Shown here: positions 62,021 to 64,000 of the stretch, in pieces
Numbering within the stretch: the stretch's first letter is position 1
Layout of the letters: every line of letters begins with the position of its first letter
Source: a bacterium
GTDB lineage: Bacteria; JAAXHH01
Direction: 5' to 3'
DNA length: 64,000 nucleotides
Assembly (NCBI GenBank): GCA_965240335.1
Contig: CBDEKM010000011.1
Coordinates: 129,693-193,692, forward strand
Notes under the pieces: generated by a model
What the model saw: only the letters and a program-made list of their open reading frames with translations
Told to the model about the DNA's origin: nothing
The model's database searches: none
Translations under genes and position numbers: made by a program

Positions 62021-63109
62021 TTATTGCAGCTTTCCACGGGCAGCGATGTCCCACACGGACTCGACCGTCCCGTTGCGTACGCCGTAGAAATGATCGTGGA
62101 GGTTGATGGTCGTGCAGCAGTGGCTCGGGACGATGTGGATCTTGTCGCCCGGCCGCAGGGTACAGGAAGCGCCGGGCAGCTCGATCTTGACGTGTTCCTC
62201 GGACTGGCGCATGATGGACGCGCCATGCACGTCACGAACGGTCTGCAGTCCCATGTCGTTCGTCATCGTCTTGAGCCCGGCGTCGCCGACGGCGAGTTCG
62301 TCGCCGGGCCGGCTGACGATGGTGGCGTAGATGGTAAGCGCACAGTCGAACTCGGGGATGCGTTGCTGATAGGTACCGTCCATCAGGATGTAGGAACCGG
62401 CCTGTACCTCGTTCACCCCGGGGAAAGTTCCGGTCACCTTGTACGTCCCCGTGCCGCCGCCGCTGACCAGGTCCACGGGCAGGCTCCTGTCCCGGATGTA
62501 GTCGGCCGCCTGGGTCAGCATCGTCATGGACTCCCGGCACCCGGCATACCGTTCCTCGTCGTTCGGGTTGCCTATGATGTGACCTTCGTAGCCCATCACC
62601 CCGCGGAAGATGACCCCGGGATACCGGTCGATCGCCTGGGCGAGCTCCCACGCGGGTTCGCCAGGAGGGACACCGCAGCGCTGCATGCCCACGTCGATCT
62701 CGATGATCATGTTCACTTGGGTGCCGGCGGCCACCGCCGCGTCGGAGATTTCCCGGACGTTTTCTTCATGGTCCGAGGCGACGATGACGTCCGAATGGCG
62801 CGCGAGGGCGACCAGGCGGTTGATCTTGATTCGTCCCACGACCTGGTTGGCGACGAGGATGTCCCGAATGCCGGCCGCCGCCATGACTTCGGCCTCGCCC
62901 AGCTTGGCGCAGGTGACGCCCCGTGCGCCGGCCTCGATTTGCCTGTGGGCCAGGACCGGGGTCTTGTGCGTTTTCGTGTGGGGCCGCAGGTAAGCGGACT
63001 TGTCGGCGAAGAATCCGGCCATACGGGCGATGTTGCCTTCCATCAGGTCCAGGTCGATCACCAGGGCCGGGGTGTCGATATCTTCAATCGGGCTGCCGGG
63101 GCGTGCCAT
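62021..63109 (-). CDS. PLP-dependent DSD1/alanine-racemase-fold enzyme, tandem paralog
   Basis: 362 aa with motif …LRPHTKTHK… and the same two-domain layout. Confidence 0.65.
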   Translation of the reverse strand: MARPGSPIEDIDTPALVIDLDLMEGNIARMAGFFADKSAYLRPHTKTHKTPVLAHRQIEAGARGVTCAKLGEAEVMAAAGIRDILVANQVVGRIKINRLVALARHSDVIVASDHEENVREISDAAVAAGTQVNMIIEIDVGMQRCGVPPGEPAWELAQAIDRYPGVIFRGVMGYEGHIIGNPNDEERYAGCRESMTMLTQAADYIRDRSLPVDLVSGGGTGTYKVTGTFPGVNEVQAGSYILMDGTYQQRIPEFDCALTIYATIVSRPGDELAVGDAGLKTMTNDMGLQTVRDVHGASIMRQSEEHVKIELPGASCTLRPGDKIHIVPSHCCTTINLHDHFYGVRNGTVESVWDIAARGKLQ

Positions 63110-63194
63110 GGGTAGTGCTCCTCGGTGGTTTCCGTAGGACTAAGGCGTGCGCAAAGTATAGTCCGACAAACCGGTGGAGTACAGCGGATTATAC

Positions 63195-64000
63195 CTACCA
63201 TTCTCTGGAATCCGGGACGGGCAGGGAGCGCCCGTTCTCGGCGATGGACTGCTGGCTGACCAGGCCGGGGAGCGTCATGTCCATGGCCTCGTGAAGCCCG
63301 ATGGACAGTTGGCGGCTGCCTTCCGCGGCGTCGATGAATTCCACGAGTTCGTGGTAGTCGCTCCCTCCGTGCCCCGCGCCCTTCGCGGCCGCTGCCTTCA
63401 TCCAGTCCGGCAGGAATTCTTCCTCCAGTTCGCGGAGGTCCATCCATGTGTTGTCGTCATTGCACCGGGAACGGAGCCAGATCCGGTGCTGCTGTCCCGA
63501 ACCGCGCGCCGATTCGTAGCAGGCGTCGGTCCCCTGGAGCTGGTAGTTGGCCAGGGCGTGGGGGCGGTCCGATGTAAGGTCCATCCGGATCTTGGCCAGC
63601 CCGCCCTTCGCCATCTTGCAGAGCATGACGCTGGTGTCCTGGGCAAAGGGTTTGCCCTCCACATCGAAGTAGTGATGACCGCTGCCGTGGCAGGTCACAT
63701 GGGCGACCTGGTCGTCGAACCACTGGAGGATGGGGCCCAGGCTGTGCGTCCCGTAAGTGACACCGTTGATGCCGGACTGCCAGTAGCGGCGCCAGACCTG
63801 TTCGGGTGGCAGGCCCCGGGCCGCGAGGCGGTGCTCGTCGTATCCCTTGAGCTCATGGATGTATTCCCCCTCAGCGTAGTAGGGCGTGCCGAAATGCCCC
63901 GCCTTCACGAGCGCTTTCACCACCACGTTCTCGCGGATGTAGGTGTAGTTTTCCGCCATCATGTACACGCTGCCGGATGCCCGGGCCGCCTGGACGATCC
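63195..64000 (-). CDS. Gfo/Idh/MocA-family oxidoreductase, C-terminal part (gene starts beyond window end)
   Basis: C-terminal alpha/beta domain typical of the family. The ORF continues to position 64000 without a start. Confidence 0.55.
   Translation of the reverse strand, partial: IVQAARASGSVYMMAENYTYIRENVVVKALVKAGHFGTPYYAEGEYIHELKGYDEHRLAARGLPPEQVWRRYWQSGINGVTYGTHSLGPILQWFDDQVAHVTCHGSGHHYFDVEGKPFAQDTSVMLCKMAKGGLAKIRMDLTSDRPHALANYQLQGTDACYESARGSGQQHRIWLRSRCNDDNTWMDLRELEEEFLPDWMKAAAAKGAGHGGSDYHELVEFIDAAEGSRQLSIGLHEAMDMTLPGLVSQQSIAENGRSLPVPDSREW

Overview
This is a high-GC (about 60-65%) bacterial chromosomal segment, mostly housekeeping and transport genes, with a lower-GC accessory island of roughly 23 kb at about 31.7-54.5 kb. 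Taxonomy is uncertain; the NagB-LmbE fusion hints at the Bacteroidota/Rhodothermota-like FCB group, but the glnA/htrA promoter looks like a classical sigma-70 type.

Core region, in window order:
- 1-3519 (-): a corrinoid methyltransferase operon with a homocysteine S-methyltransferase-family protein, a small protein, a possible DUF1638 protein, a UroD/MtaA-like methyltransferase and a B12-binding corrinoid protein.
- 3541-9375: panE, a NagB-LmbE fusion, a SAM-dependent methyltransferase, a sugar-phosphate isomerase and a PhyH dioxygenase.
- 9749-19893 (+): an ECF sigma / zinc-finger anti-sigma / LTXXQ periplasmic protein module directly upstream of an RND efflux adaptor with a Met/Gly-rich tail and two tandem RND permeases, with no outer-membrane factor.
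- 19901-26264: glnE (half-size) and glnA on the minus strand, then htrA, psd and pssA on the plus strand.
- 26364-31616: a small membrane protein, FG-GAP repeat proteins, a gatA broken by at least three frameshifts, and an intact gatB.
- 54646-64000 (-): purK, purE, a FAD-dependent oxidoreductase, an ABC-F ATPase, a crotonase, two tandem DSD1-family PLP enzymes and a partial Gfo/Idh/MocA oxidoreductase.

Accessory island (31.7-54.5 kb):
- A DUF4143 AAA ATPase and a second PhyH dioxygenase.
- A degenerate Type I restriction-modification locus: hsdM, an embedded GmrSD-like DUF262/DUF1524 gene, no hsdS, and only a 3' fragment of hsdR.
- A 1878-aa protein of very low GC with DUF4011, an SF1 helicase, a Vsr-like endonuclease and DUF3320, which matches the single-gene Hhe defence architecture as recalled, followed by a co-acquired highly acidic small protein.
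- A third PhyH, a sulfatase, an APH-like kinase and Sel1-repeat gene fragments.
- Two identical inverted copies of a 1253-bp IS3-family element (38534-39786 and 52803-54055), with no target-site duplications and truncated genes on every flank.

Several apparent frameshifts cluster at 13.3-13.4 kb and 28-29.3 kb. No CRISPR array, tRNA or rRNA was seen.
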